This document shows positions 1 to 12,660 of a stretch of DNA of 64,000 nucleotides, piece by piece. Source of the DNA: Albugo candida (Eukaryota). Location of the stretch: assembly GCA_040437565.1 (NCBI GenBank), contig JBDOQK010000020.1, forward strand, positions 372,001-436,000, written 5' to 3'. How positions within the stretch are numbered: position 1 is the first letter of the stretch; the number at the start of each line of letters is the position of its first letter. The position numbers and the translations under genes were made by a program. The notes under the pieces are model-generated. The model did no database searches. It worked only from the letters and a program-made list of their open reading frames with translations, and had not been told where the DNA came from.

Positions 1-2
1 GT

Positions 3-878
3 TTGGTTCTAGAAGAACAAATTGAGCAGCGTCGGCAGCAACGAGAGGAGCTGAATGCTCGAACGCAGCATGAGGGCCGGGAACTCGTGGCTCAAATGAA
101 ACGACAACAGGAAGAACAACGTGAGAAGGAATTATCACGGCGACAACACGCTTTGGAAACGTCACATGAGATACGAAAATTCAATGCGCAATCGAAGCAG
201 TACAAAGAGGAGCTTAAACGAAGACAAAAGGAGGAAGACGATAAAATAGAACGATATCAACGAGAAAAAGATGAGGAAGTAAAAGAACGAGAAATGCAGG
301 AGGCGAAAAAACGGCATGAAGCTGAAGTCAGAATTGCACGATTACGCGCAAATCAGGAGAAAATGGCGAACGAAAAATCTGAAATGGACGAACTCCGCGC
401 AAAACGCGCGGCCGAAGCCCGCGAACGTCAAGCTCGCGATCTGGAGCTTCACCTGGCAAAGAAGACACGTGAAGATATGGCAGAATTGCAAAAAGCGAGA
501 GAACTGCAAGCTTTACATTCACAAGGTGCCCGGGTGCAAGAAGCGATCCTCCAACAGCAGGAATATCAGTCTATCATGACGCAAGTCGAAGCTGATAAAG
601 CACGAGTTAAACGAGAGAAAGAAGAGACCAAAATCAGTAGAATTGAGCACCGCAGAGCGCTACAACAACAAATCGAAGAAAAAGATCGGAATCAGAAAGA
701 TGCTTTCCAAACGAAACAAATTGAAGGTCAAACATTAAAGGATGAGTATGCTAAAGAGCTGGCTAAATTAGAAAGACTGAGGCTAGAACAAGTCGAACAA
801 CTCGAACGTTCAGGTGTCAATCCTCTGTACCTAGTTGAAATGAAAGCCTTGGACATTGCCCGAGCTAGGAATCGATAG
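3..878 (+). CDS. Long coiled-coil protein, likely cilia/flagella-associated protein 45 (CFAP45/CCDC19-like), 5' truncated by window edge
   Basis: E/K/R/Q-rich trichohyalin-like helix. 'MDELRAKRAAEARERQAR' and the C-terminal 'LERSGVNPLYLVEM' resemble the CFAP45 C-terminus as recalled. Confidence 0.6.
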   Translation: MVLEEQIEQRRQQREELNARTQHEGRELVAQMKRQQEEQREKELSRRQHALETSHEIRKFNAQSKQYKEELKRRQKEEDDKIERYQREKDEEVKEREMQEAKKRHEAEVRIARLRANQEKMANEKSEMDELRAKRAAEARERQARDLELHLAKKTREDMAELQKARELQALHSQGARVQEAILQQQEYQSIMTQVEADKARVKREKEETKISRIEHRRALQQQIEEKDRNQKDAFQTKQIEGQTLKDEYAKELAKLERLRLEQVEQLERSGVNPLYLVEMKALDIARARNR

Positions 879-1099
879 GATAGCCTAGCGCCAAGTTATA
901 ATAATCGTGGATGAATTCGTAGGCGATCATAAAGTTAGAGCTCGAGGAAAGACGATCGATCTCTTCAGTTTGTGCCAATCAGACTCCATCGACATCACAC
1001 CCACAAATTACCTGATACTTATTCGCGAGATTCCATTTTTGCCTCAGAATCCGCTTTGTGCTCAACTACGCTCAAATTGCACTAAACACTTTACTTTTG

Positions 1100-4000
1100 A
1101 TGAGTGCTGTAACACAAGCTGATTCACCGTCACATACTACAAAGGTAGGAACCTCGCAACAAACCGACTCGAACGCCTCTTCGGTAGGGAGTGGGGCCTT
1201 CATGACACCATTGGATGACGAAACTCAGTCAATATCATTCACTGTAAGTACTTCTGCAAAACCGACATCGCTTCGGTCTTCAGAGGATGATTCTTCACGT
1301 ACTTCTACTGCAAGTGAGTTGCTGTCTCTTAAATGTGAAGAGGAGGATCAGAGAGATAATGGATCGAAATCATTAAGCGCCAGATACTCCTCTCAGCATG
1401 TGGAAGACCTAAGCAGAACATTAGGAGTCGATGTCAGTTTTGGCCTTTCCCGCAGTGATGTCACTGAACGACAACAGCGATATGGTAGCAATCAATTGGA
1501 GTCTGAAGAAGAAGAATCGATATATAAGAAGTTCCTGGGTCAGTTCAAAGACCCTCTTATCTTATTACTTATGGCGTCAGGAGTCGTCAGTATCATCATG
1601 GGACACCTCGACGATGCTATATCCATAGGAGTTGCAATAGCAATTGTGGTTACAGTGGCATTTGTGCAGGAATACCGTTCGGAAAAAACTCTTGAGGCTT
1701 TGAAGGAGCTAGTGCCTCCTCGATGTCAAGTACTTCGTGACGGGGCTTCATGTGAAACCTTTGCTAAAGAGCTGGTTCCAGGCGATATAATTCTTATCAA
1801 TGTTGGAGATCGTGTTCCGGCTGACGCAAGGCTTCTTGAAGCTATTGATTTGGAAGTCGATGAATCCAATCTGACGGGCGAAACACTTCCAGTTTGCAAA
1901 CACACAAAACGAATTGAGAACGCTGAAACCTATCCCATCGCAGAACGAAAGAATATCGTTTACATGGGCACACTTGTTCGAGCGGGCCGTGGACGCGCTG
2001 TGGTGTATGGAATTGGTCACAAAACAGAGTTTGGTCTCGTTTTTGATGCCATGCACAGTGTAGAGGACCGCAAAACGCCTTTGCAGCTAAGTATGGATCA
2101 ACTGGGAAAACATTTGTCAATGTTCTCGCTCGGAATAATCACCGTTATTTGTTTGATTGGAATTATTCAAGGTAAAGGGCTATTGACAATGCTGCAGATT
2201 GGAGTCAGTCTCGCAGTTGCAGCAATTCCTGAGGGCTTACCAATCTGTGTCACTGTCACACTGGCTTTCGGAGTCATGAAAATGGCTAAACAAAACGCCA
2301 TTGTGAAGAAACTTCCGGCAGTTGAAGCTTTGGGTTGCATCAGTGTCATTTGTGTCGATAAGACAGGAACCATCACAACAAATCAGATGGAAGTAATCGA
2401 ATTATTTGTACCTTTCGAAAGCGTTCGTGCTCAAGTCACAGGTATCGGGAAAGCGGTTGTGACGCAAGAGAGCAGTCGAAAGACAGGGAAGGTGCTGGCA
2501 CATGATGACTATCTCGATAGTCAAGGTCGAGTTCTTCTACGCGGAGAACCAGTCACCGAACGAACACATCCTCACATTTACAACTGTCTTTTGGTGGGTG
2601 CTCTGTGTAACAATTCGAGTATTACGAACGGCAAAGTGATCGGACAAGCTACTGAGGGTGCTGTTCTAATGTGTGCGCTCAAAGTCGGAATCTCTCAAAG
2701 TATATTAAAACAGCACAACAGAGTCAGCGAAGTGCCGTTCAGTTCAGAAAAAAAGTGGATGGCTGTATGTTGTGATTATAATGGATCACGTCGATGGTAT
2801 ATGAAAGGAATGATGGAAGCAATTTTGTCTCGTTGTGATAAGATTGAAGATAATTGTGGACGATGGAAACAAATGACCCCCAACGATCGAGAACGAATAC
2901 AAAATGAAGGTTGCGCCATGGCCTCAAAAGGGGCGCGTGTCTTGGCATTCTCGTACGGGGAATCTTCTGATCATGCAATGGTCTTTGCTGGATTTGTTGG
3001 CATTGTCGATCCGCCGCGTGTCGAAGTTGCAAAATCAATCACTCAACTTGCAAATAGCGGCGTGAAAACGATCATGCTGACTGGAGATTCAAAAGAGACG
3101 GCTACCGCTATAGCCACTCAGGTGGGAATTTTGCGTCTGAGTGAGAATGAAGATGATGAATGTACGAAACAAGGAATGGAGTCCAAAAACTGCTCAGATC
3201 TCGTCCTTTCCGGTGATCAGCTTGAAGCAATGGACATGATGGAGTTGGAGCAATGTATCTTGAGAACTTGCGTATTCTATCGTACATCTCCCCATCACAA
3301 ATTGAAAATAGTTCGTGCTTTCCAGGAGGCAGGGATCCAAGTTGCAATGACCGGAGATGGTGTTAATGACGCACCTGCGCTGAAAGCCGCTGATATCGGA
3401 GTAGCAATGGGTACGAGTGGGACAGATGTTTCAAAAGAGGCGTCAGATGTGATTCTTTTAGATGACAATTTTCACACCATCCTATACGCGATGGAAGAAG
3501 GAAAGTCCATCTATCACAACATCCGACATTTTTTGCGATTCCAGTTGAGTACGAGCATTGCAGCACTTTGTCTGATTGCCATCACTACCTTGTTCAATCT
3601 TCCGTCGCCGTTAAATGCGATGCAAATACTTTGGATCAACATCATAATGGATGGGCCTCCTGCTCAAAGTCTTGGAGTCGAACCGGTAGATCCAGATGTC
3701 ATGAAGNNNNNNNNNNNNNNNNNNNNNNNNNNNNNNNNNNNNNNNNNNNNNNNNNNNNNNNNNNNNNNNNNNNNNNNNNNNNNNNNNNNNNNNNNNNNNN
3801 NNNNNNGATAGTCAAGGTCGAGTTCTTCTACGCGGAGAACCAGTCACCGAACGAACACATCCTCACATTTACAACTGTCTTTTGGTGGGTGCTCTGTGTA
3901 ACAATTCGAGTATTACGAACGGCAAAGTGATCGGACAAGCTACTGAGGGTGCTGTTCTAATGTGTGCGCTCAAAGTCGGAATCTCTCAAAGTATATTAAA

Positions 4001-5516
4001 ACAGCACAACAGAGTCAGCGAAGTGCCGTTCAGTTCAGAAAAAAAGTGGATGGCTGTATGTTGTGATTATAATGGATCACGTCGATGGTATATGAAAGGA
4101 ATGATGGAAGCAATTTTGTCTCGTTGTGATAAGATTGAAGATAATTGTGGACGATGGAAACAAATGACCCCCAACGATCGAGAACGAATACAAAATGAAG
4201 GTTGCGCCATGGCCTCAAAAGGGGCGCGTGTCTTGGCATTCTCGTACGGGGAATCTTCTGATCATGCAATGGTCTTTGCTGGATTTGTTGGCATTGTCGA
4301 TCCGCCGCGTGTCGAAGTTGCAAAATCAATCACTCAACTTGCAAATAGCGGCGTGAAAACGATCATGCTGACTGGAGATTCAAAAGAGACGGCTACCGCT
4401 ATAGCCACTCAGGTGGGAATTTTGCGTCTGAGTGAGAATGAAGATGATGAATGTACGAAACAAGGAATGGAGTCCAAAAACTGCTCAGATCTCGTCCTTT
4501 CCGGTGATCAGCTTGAAGCAATGGACATGATGGAGTTGGAGCAATGTATCTTGAGAACTTGCGTATTCTATCGTACATCTCCCCATCACAAATTGAAAAT
4601 AGTTCGTGCTTTCCAGGAGGCAGGGATCCAAGTTGCAATGACCGGAGATGGTGTTAATGACGCACCTGCGCTGAAAGCCGCTGATATCGGAGTAGCAATG
4701 GGTACGAGTGGGACAGATGTTTCAAAAGAGGCGTCAGATGTGATTCTTTTAGATGACAATTTTCACACCATCCTATACGCGATGGAAGAAGGAAAGTCCA
4801 TCTATCACAACATCCGACATTTTTTGCGATTCCAGTTGAGTACGAGCATTGCAGCACTTTGTCTGATTGCCATCACTACCTTGTTCAATCTTCCGTCGCC
4901 GTTAAATGCGATGCAAATACTTTGGATCAACATCATAATGGATGGGCCTCCTGCTCAAAGTCTTGGAGTCGAACCGGTAGATCCAGATGTCATGAAGGAA
5001 GGGCCACGACTTCATGACGCTCATATTATCACCAAATCAATGATTCGACGGATCTTGACATCAGCAATCATCATCGTTGCCGGAACTATCTACGTTTTCT
5101 ACAAGGAATTGACTGTCGATGGAATTGTCAGCAAACGTGATCGCACCATGAGCTTTACAACATTTGTATTATTCGATATGTTCAATGCTCTCGCTTGTCG
5201 TTCCGACACAAAATCAATATTGCAGATTGGTATCACCTCCAATACCGCCTTTGTGTACGCAGTGGGATTCTCTTTGGTAGGCCAATTGCTGGTGATCTAT
5301 TGTCCTCCATTGCAAGCCATTTTCCAGACAGAGTCGCTCAGCTTCCTCGACCTATTATACGTCTTCTGCATTGCTTCGACAGTGTTGCTGGTGGATGAAG
5401 GCCGAAAGTACTGGCAGCGAAGAATGAAGCATCATGCTTCAATGCACTCGGCAATTTCCGCTGGAGTCAACAAGAAACGACGCTCATGGCAGGGAAAAGC
5501 ATATGAGACTATCTGA
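1100..5516 (+). CDS. PMR1: P-type IIA Ca2+/Mn2+-transporting ATPase (PMR1/SPCA1-like); single gene split by gap 3707-3806
   Basis: LTGET, IPEGLP, DKTGT, MLTGD, TGDGVNDAPALK and QILWINIIMDGPPAQSLGVEP motifs. Removing the 1291-nt gap plus overlap gives 3126 nt, a 1041-aa ORF from ATG 1100 (start uncertain). Confidence 0.95.
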
Positions 5517-5702
5517 TAACAGCTCTATTGTGAACCTTGTGTAAAGATAATAAAAGTTTATGCCAAAACGTTCGGCTCTGTATCCTACGGCTAGTAACAA
5601 CATCTTTGGTTGCACGAGTAGAATGCCAGGACATGTAAATAGCTTTCCAAATATATCTCGAGACTGAGACGTCTGAAATTCTACTTCATTGTTCAATACC
5701 TT

Positions 5703-6812
5703 ATGTCGCGCGTGTGTGGTCACCAAGGATTTCAATCGTTTGCTTCTCAAGTATGTGTCACTGCAAAACCTGGAAATGATGTATCGAAAGGTGCTCAAAA
5801 GTACTCCGAAATAGGCACCACGATCATGTTGTCACCAAGTCATAATCGATTGGGAAAACACAACTACGAGTCACTTGCATCGCGAGATTTCACACGCAGT
5901 AACGGTCTGTCTAACCCACACAACAATGCAAGGACGCAGGATTTTTCTCAAAATAAGCCATTTATTGCAAGAACCACACATCAGGTAGATTATACCAATA
6001 GTGTGATGAAATACGACTGCTATACAAGCGTTAGTATCGATGACTGGAAAGTAATATTTGAACGTGTGTCTGAGTCTTGCGGACGACTCCCGTATAAAAG
6101 TGGCAGTGTTTTGCGCGTCGTCAAAGAAGGTCTTTCATCCAAGTATTTCTGTAACGAAGCAAGTTTACCAGCGGACTCTACACTAATAAGACACATTGCA
6201 GAGCTATACCAAGACTTTTTCACTCGTCATCCAAATCTCATTCAGCAAAGCGAAATATCGTGGGAAGCTTTTTCAGAGGCCACAAAACACATCAACGGTA
6301 CGTTTTAGTTTGTGATGGGTAAGAAGTTTTAATCTCACGTTCAATGCATAGAATTCTTGAAGCATGACGGCAAGCAACAGGCACGAAAAGAAGGCTTCCC
6401 GCAAACAGCATTGTCTTCTGCCGCGAGCTCGAGTAGTTATCAGCTCGATTATGGAAAATATGGAGAGAAGCCATCTGAGCGTCCTTACACAAGACGGCGT
6501 GGGATGGATTCTACAACAAATGATTTGAATTCTGGAACTCCCAAATCTACATATCATATCCCGGGCTACGGAGGTTTCATGCCTCACGGTACCCGCAATC
6601 ACACAGCGATGGCACATGCAGAGGCCGAACAGTCTCGAACATCTGTCGAGTCATCACGTATATGTTGCAAAGAGAACCTACCAGGCTACACAGGTCATCA
6701 ACCGACCGATAGTAGCAATTACAGAGGAGTCTCACTCGCTGGCAGTGACCAAAATACCACTAACGGTTACTATTACCGTGCTCATTTTCCAATTGAGGGT
6801 GGCTCCGATTAA
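5703..6812 (+). CDS. Putative ciliary microtubule inner protein with PYG-type repeats (FAM166/CIMIP2-like); intron 6298-6351
   Basis: A 54-nt GT..AG intron joins the two ORFs in frame (..HINE|FLKHDGK..). Motifs HIPGYGGFMP and LPGYTGHQP. Confidence 0.6.
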
Positions 6813-6827
6813 CTTAATTCACCGGGA

Positions 6828-7999
6828 ATGTTATCACGTGAGATGGACGACGTGCACTTGTCAGACTGTGAACAATCGATTGAATCGTTAGGACAGGGAA
6901 CACCTTTGTTAAAACACTGTGTTATGAATCCGTTTTTGATATTTGATGTTTCGGCATGTGTGGGTACAAATGACCCTAACATGGCATTATCCACTATCAA
7001 GTCTATGGTGATGTCGGGTGCCCATTTCCCATCGGATCTCTTCTATGAAGAAATGATCGAGAAAATGCAAAGTTTAGGCAATTTCTCATTCGAACATGCT
7101 GTCTCACTTCAAAACCTTCTGACACGTTGTTACGAAAAGACAGTGGAATCGTCAGGTCGGAACTTTACTATTCCCCATCAGTGGGATCGCATTATCATCG
7201 TCCTCGAAAGCTTATGTGAGAGACCGATTGATGAGCTCTGGCGGCGCAACTTACTTGTAATACAGTTCTACGTATCTTGTCTCTGGACAGACTACCTTCA
7301 ACACAAACGATTGATCCGTCAAAACATATCAGATCATACACCTCAGATACTTGCACTTGTTCAAAAGAATGCTTACCCGAACGGTCGGGAAATAGATTGT
7401 CGGTCTTCTCAGTTTTCATCGGGGGAACTGAAAAATAGCTGCAATAATAATGTGATTCTTTTGACAATTGATTTGATCGTTGGTTTTTGGCAACGTGTGT
7501 ATGATAACAAGGATACCACGGGCTTTTTCCAGTTGGAAAAAGAGGAAGCTTGTTATTCGGCTGTACGACTTCTGGAAATGCTTTATTCCTGCACGGTCGA
7601 GATCGACAGTACGATACAACACGTAGTAGCATGTTTAGAGAAACTTGGGTCAGCTGCAAAAATAACGTTGATGAATTCGATTCAATCACCCGATCTAAAA
7701 TGCGGTCTAGCGACAACACTAATTGGATTGAACACTTCCGCTCGTCACAAGGTAAGAATTTCTAGCTGCGATATGAGTTTTCTCAAAGGCTATATGTTGC
7801 TTCGTAGAATGTAGAGTGGCTCGACTCTAACGCTATAGGTCGAATGCACCAGATTGACGGCAACGGGGAAGAACAACATGGCAATACAACGCACATAGAT
7901 CGGTACTCGTGGTCTCATCTCGATACTTACATGAACATGCCACCACGTACAGCTTTCGGGAAGCTTCTCAGCGTGATTATTGAGAATCAGCAACTATAG
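6828..7999 (+). CDS. Helical hypothetical protein, possible Nse5/SIMC1-like; intron 7752-7807
   Basis: 328-aa ORF. Phase-0 intron GTAAGA..TTCGTAG continues into an open exon ending at TAG 7997-7999. Confidence 0.55.
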
Positions 8000-10220
8000 C
8001 TGCTGTTCGCGATGTCTATCGATTGTATCTACCATTTTTGTAATTAGGTCGATCGGATGAAGCGATGGGTACCTTGATCAATTAAACGAAGAGCACGAGT
8101 CTTGGCAATGCAAGACACACACAAATTTTTTGTCGATAGAACTGGAAGAATCAACGCATCAATAAAATACATAAGATATTTTACTGTCAATATAGGGATG
8201 GCAGTTCTCTTGCATTCAATTTTAACGTGGTCGGAACTACTATATTCAGTAATTGACTCAAACAGCTACACTCACCTTTGTAGCCCATTTGGAGTTCTCG
8301 TAGTCACCAATCCATTCTTCAATCAGAGACGCTGCTGATTTCACTATTGAAGGCTTTTCATGAGGCATGTAACCCTGAGTTATGTGGGTCTCTGACGGCG
8401 ATGCATAAAGGACATGAGTTTGATCTAGTCATCATCATTGTGATTTTATTCACTCAGTGCAGCTAACTTAGTGGCTACTAGCATCTTTACGATATTAAAG
8501 CCGTTTATCGAGCTGACCCCGGAGGATGTAGCAACATAATGACCGCACTTTCCTGCCACGTTGACAGTTCTAGAGTGAATTGATGCCTCACCTTGACGAA
8601 ACTCTGCAAATTCACTGATAACGGCCAGCGAGACACTCCATTCCTTTGTCCATAGCACATCAGCGCGTGCAAGCGATGAACGAATGCGATGTGAAATAAA
8701 GTATTTTTGAGCCTACATCTCGCATTTCCATCACAAACGATAACAATGCCCGATAGTGACCATGCAAGCAGCACAATTTGTGCTAGAAACTACCGATAGC
8801 ATGCTGACGTATTAAAGTATGGTGAACCGTACCTTGATTGTAGATAAAAGCATGCCTAGTGAGACCGCGCTCTTCGTATTTTGACATACATTAGCCGAAA
8901 AGCTTCAAAGACGCTTCCCAATCAAGTTTTAATTGTCGGTCTGACTCGTCTATCTTAAGCTTATATACAGAGACCAAGATGACTACACGACATTTACGAA
9001 GACTTTGCCAGCAACTGCTCGACTTGTACTCCAATTTTTCGGTAACTGAAGAAGTCACGGAAGGGATGGATCAACTTCCGATCCACTCATTCGTGTGGAC
9101 GTGTTTCTCTGTAGAAGCGCTACATCATAATATAAAAAGAGTCATTGGGATGTGTCGAGAGATCACTCAGCTCCATCCTTACTTCAGCTTCATGTCAACC
9201 ATGCTTCATACAAGAGTTTTTTTTTGTAATCAAATTGGATGGCTGTTTGCAAAGTGATTTGACTCCAATGTGACTGATTTGTTGTGTCTCGCAAATAATA
9301 GGTAGCACAACAATGCATTGGAGCTAGCAATTGAATTCTTTCGTCAAAATCGCAAGCTTTTCATCGAAATTCTGAGATGGAGCATCCATCACCATCCATT
9401 CCAATGTGCTAGCAGCACTGCGCGATCTGCGTCGTCGCTAGCGGGCCACATTATTCGACAACTCATTGGGTCAGAAAACGAGACGTAGAGAGAATAATAC
9501 TGTGCCAATCGTCGACATCGTATTCCTTCACTTTGTGCCGGCTACAAGTACTCCTCGTGAATACTCGGGATTCTGAGATCCCTACAGAAGTGCGACCACA
9601 GATGAGAATGCAATTCAGCTTAGCTGAAGCGGAATACATAGCAATGCACAATCAAGCAACTCAATTGATCTGACATCCCTTTAACGAGTAATTATAATCC
9701 TGACGGATCCTACACTCCTCTCCTGTACTATGAACCTCGGAAGAATTGTCATCAATCAACGGGACCACGTTTAGCAGATACTTAACACGTGATGCAATCA
9801 ATCCGGCATGAATAAAAGGAGACCGTAAGGAGACTAGAAAAGATAACGTATATGAGTCACCAATGTCGAAGAGAAAGAAATGGTCGCAGCAGCAATCACA
9901 ACGCGTTGTAATCAACACGAATGATGGTGTTTGAAGTGAAGTGGAACATAGCCCATCATCATCTGACATCATTTTCTACGGAATTTTCAGCCGTCCTTTA
10001 TCACGAAATCTAACAGAAAATTCATATGTGCCCCATCTGATGTTGAAGGGTAAGTGCTATGCTTTGGCAGCGCAACAGATATTCATTCCATTATTTGATG
10101 TACCACTTCCACTTGTACTTTATCGCGCTACCAGCTAAGTGATTGGTTTTCTAGATTGTATCTTTATTTTTGTTGCAATCATCACGAACGACTAGAAACG
10201 CACAACCAACAATTTGATCG

Positions 10221-10943
10221 ATGTCCGCACCGTCAAAGAAGCGAAGCAGAGCACCAATTATTCAACTCTTTATCCTTCTGGCATTCTTAGATGGTAGCTT
10301 AGCCAGATTCGCGGAGGGTTTAGACTCGGTCCGACAAGACAAACAAATACAAAGCGGAATCGTCGATGTGGTTATAAGAAAAGTTGCTTCTCGATCAAGA
10401 AGTATCGACAGACTACGAAACGAAATTCGCTTGCCTACTAACACCGTCAACAGCAATAAAGCGAGTGAGATATATGAGCAAGAAAGGACAAGACCAGATG
10501 ATGAAGGGAGGAAAGCCAGTAGCAACACGACTACACAAAGCACTATCGATTTCCGAGGAAAGACTACTAGCTTGAGAGCCCGATACGTGCCGTCCTTCAA
10601 ACGTCTCACCTTTAACGAGCGGACCTTGACAAAGAAGGATGATTTTGAGGCATTCGATTCCTCCTCAGATCATATATCAGCAACGCCAGCTTCTTCATCA
10701 CGAAGCGAAGTAAAAACGGTCAAAGGAATTCTCAAAAGAAGTGCCAGTATAGCATTGAGTGATACTGATTCGAGACTTGAGAATTCCCCGCATCTGATAC
10801 AGCGACCGAAGGTTCAATTCGAGGGAGACCCAATTATCAAATTTTACAGCATGAATGAAATTCCCGACAGTAAGCGACAAAGTCAATTCAAGAGATGCTA
10901 TCATCGCGTCAAAAACCTTATCCGTGATATTTTCAAACTCTGA
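10221..10943 (+). CDS. Putative secreted effector with PP1-docking motifs
   Basis: Intronless 240-aa ORF in a gene-sparse stretch. Hydrophobic IIQLFILLAFLDGSLA signal-like segment; GILK, KVQF and KRLTF motifs. Confidence 0.65.
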   Translation: MSAPSKKRSRAPIIQLFILLAFLDGSLARFAEGLDSVRQDKQIQSGIVDVVIRKVASRSRSIDRLRNEIRLPTNTVNSNKASEIYEQERTRPDDEGRKASSNTTTQSTIDFRGKTTSLRARYVPSFKRLTFNERTLTKKDDFEAFDSSSDHISATPASSSRSEVKTVKGILKRSASIALSDTDSRLENSPHLIQRPKVQFEGDPIIKFYSMNEIPDSKRQSQFKRCYHRVKNLIRDIFKL

Positions 10944-12660
10944 TAGGACGTATCCACGAGCTTTAAAGATGTGCGACTAAACTTGCTGTTCAAGCGCAAA
11001 TGAAGCTGAAATCGATATTCGGAACAAGGCAGATAATTCGACCATAAGTTACAAAATTGTCCAAAATGTGCTCTGCTATTTCGTTCTATCATGCCTATCG
11101 CTCTACAAAAAAAACAGTGACGTGCCAACATGCTCAAAGAAGCGAGCGTCGTCTTTTTGACATCAGACATAACTACATTTAGCTGAGAATCCTCCATAAG
11201 GATGGCATAATCATTTAGAAGACGCGTAGTATATAACCGGAATCATTTGTACACTGTGAACCAGTGATTGTGTGACGGCGCTACTATGTCGTGCCGATCG
11301 GAAATAGATACAGATATAGTGATTTATCCTTTTGCACGCCCGGATTTGCCTAGTACACATGACGGTAGTATTTACTCAAGTACTGAGATCGTATTCTTAG
11401 ACCGCATAGTATGTGTATTCAGGAGTAAAATTAGCTGAAATGATCATAAATCGTCTTGTGATTTGATGCCTTTCCAGTGTGATCGCTTTTCCTTTGACAT
11501 CTGATGTGCATATACTTCCGACACTAGCATGTTTTGAGCTTAGCCTATAGAAGCTGGGCTTTAGGAGGATTCGAGTAAATTCACTTGACGATATCGACGC
11601 AACGAGATGGTCAATTTGGTCTTAGATGGCATGCTACAAAGCCCAGCGGTGATAGCAGTTATCAAAAAGCCCTTAAGCTGACCTGCACAATAGTCCTTCT
11701 GGGGATAGAAGGATCTATCTATCGCTGTCAAGTGCTTGAAAGCGATTGCTCTGTACAAACGATTACAAATCTGATTATTGAATCAAGTAGTAAGGCTGAA
11801 AGCGAGCCATTTCCATTTAGATTAGTAGAGCATGTTTTGTTGCGACCGAAGGTGCATATTGGCTCGATTGAGGAATAAACGGGAAGCGTATCGAATACAT
11901 ATGAAAGTGCAGTCCAAAGTAGCGTAAAACTGGTCCTAGAATGAATTGAAGCATGTATGCTCCTACTCTCCACGAGATGTCTGATGACATCAGTACAAAC
12001 GCATTACAACTACCATACAGACATCGAATGCAGTGATTAGAGCCGATTGTTACGATACTTGAATAAGGCTTGCTAATGTACTTGTACGTATGCAATTCTC
12101 AAACAGTCATCCGACTTGGTACAAGATTCGTTCGATAAAATGGCTTGTGGAGCAGCTGACCATCATTGTTTCACGCATTGCAATTAATTCTTACTCACTT
12201 CGAAAAATACGCAACTTATAGGAGCTTCTGCGTCACCAAGAATAGCCTGCTTCTCGGTATTTGATCAAGGCTCTGTTTTCTGCGATGTCACCAGGATAGC
12301 AGTGCACTTGCTCCCCAAACAGTGAATCAAGACTACGTTCTAGATAGAGGACACGTTTTCCAAGTTCCTTGCTCCTGTCGCGTGTACCTTGCAACAATTC
12401 TTCGTGTCACATAGCTCGAAAGCTTGTTGAATACGGGCGATCGATTTTGTTATGTATGCGGAATCACTGGGGTTCGAATGAGATTGAGCCAGTTGCTCAA
12501 GAAGGCGGGATTTCCCGATCCTTGTTAATTGTAATGTAATTCCTCTTTGTCACTTGTTCATCATCTCGTGAATGTCTGTGAAGTCGGGTCATCATCCGCA
12601 TTGTACCTTACACAGCAAGCGATCATCTCGAAATCGTAATAATTGTAGATCCATGATGAC

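Noticed and set aside
3807-4997. Second P-type ATPase copy / tandem paralog
   Set aside because: Apparently identical overlap abutting an N gap; collapses into one in-frame gene.
8100-9674. Short coding-like frames (e.g. 8979-9257, ~9315-9488) suggesting a gene or pseudogene
   Set aside because: No consistent exon chain or recognisable family could be built.
11500-12650. Possible 3' exons (C3H1 finger) of the 12661-14475 gene
   Set aside because: Frames are interrupted by stops, and no convincing zinc-finger motif or splice path was found.
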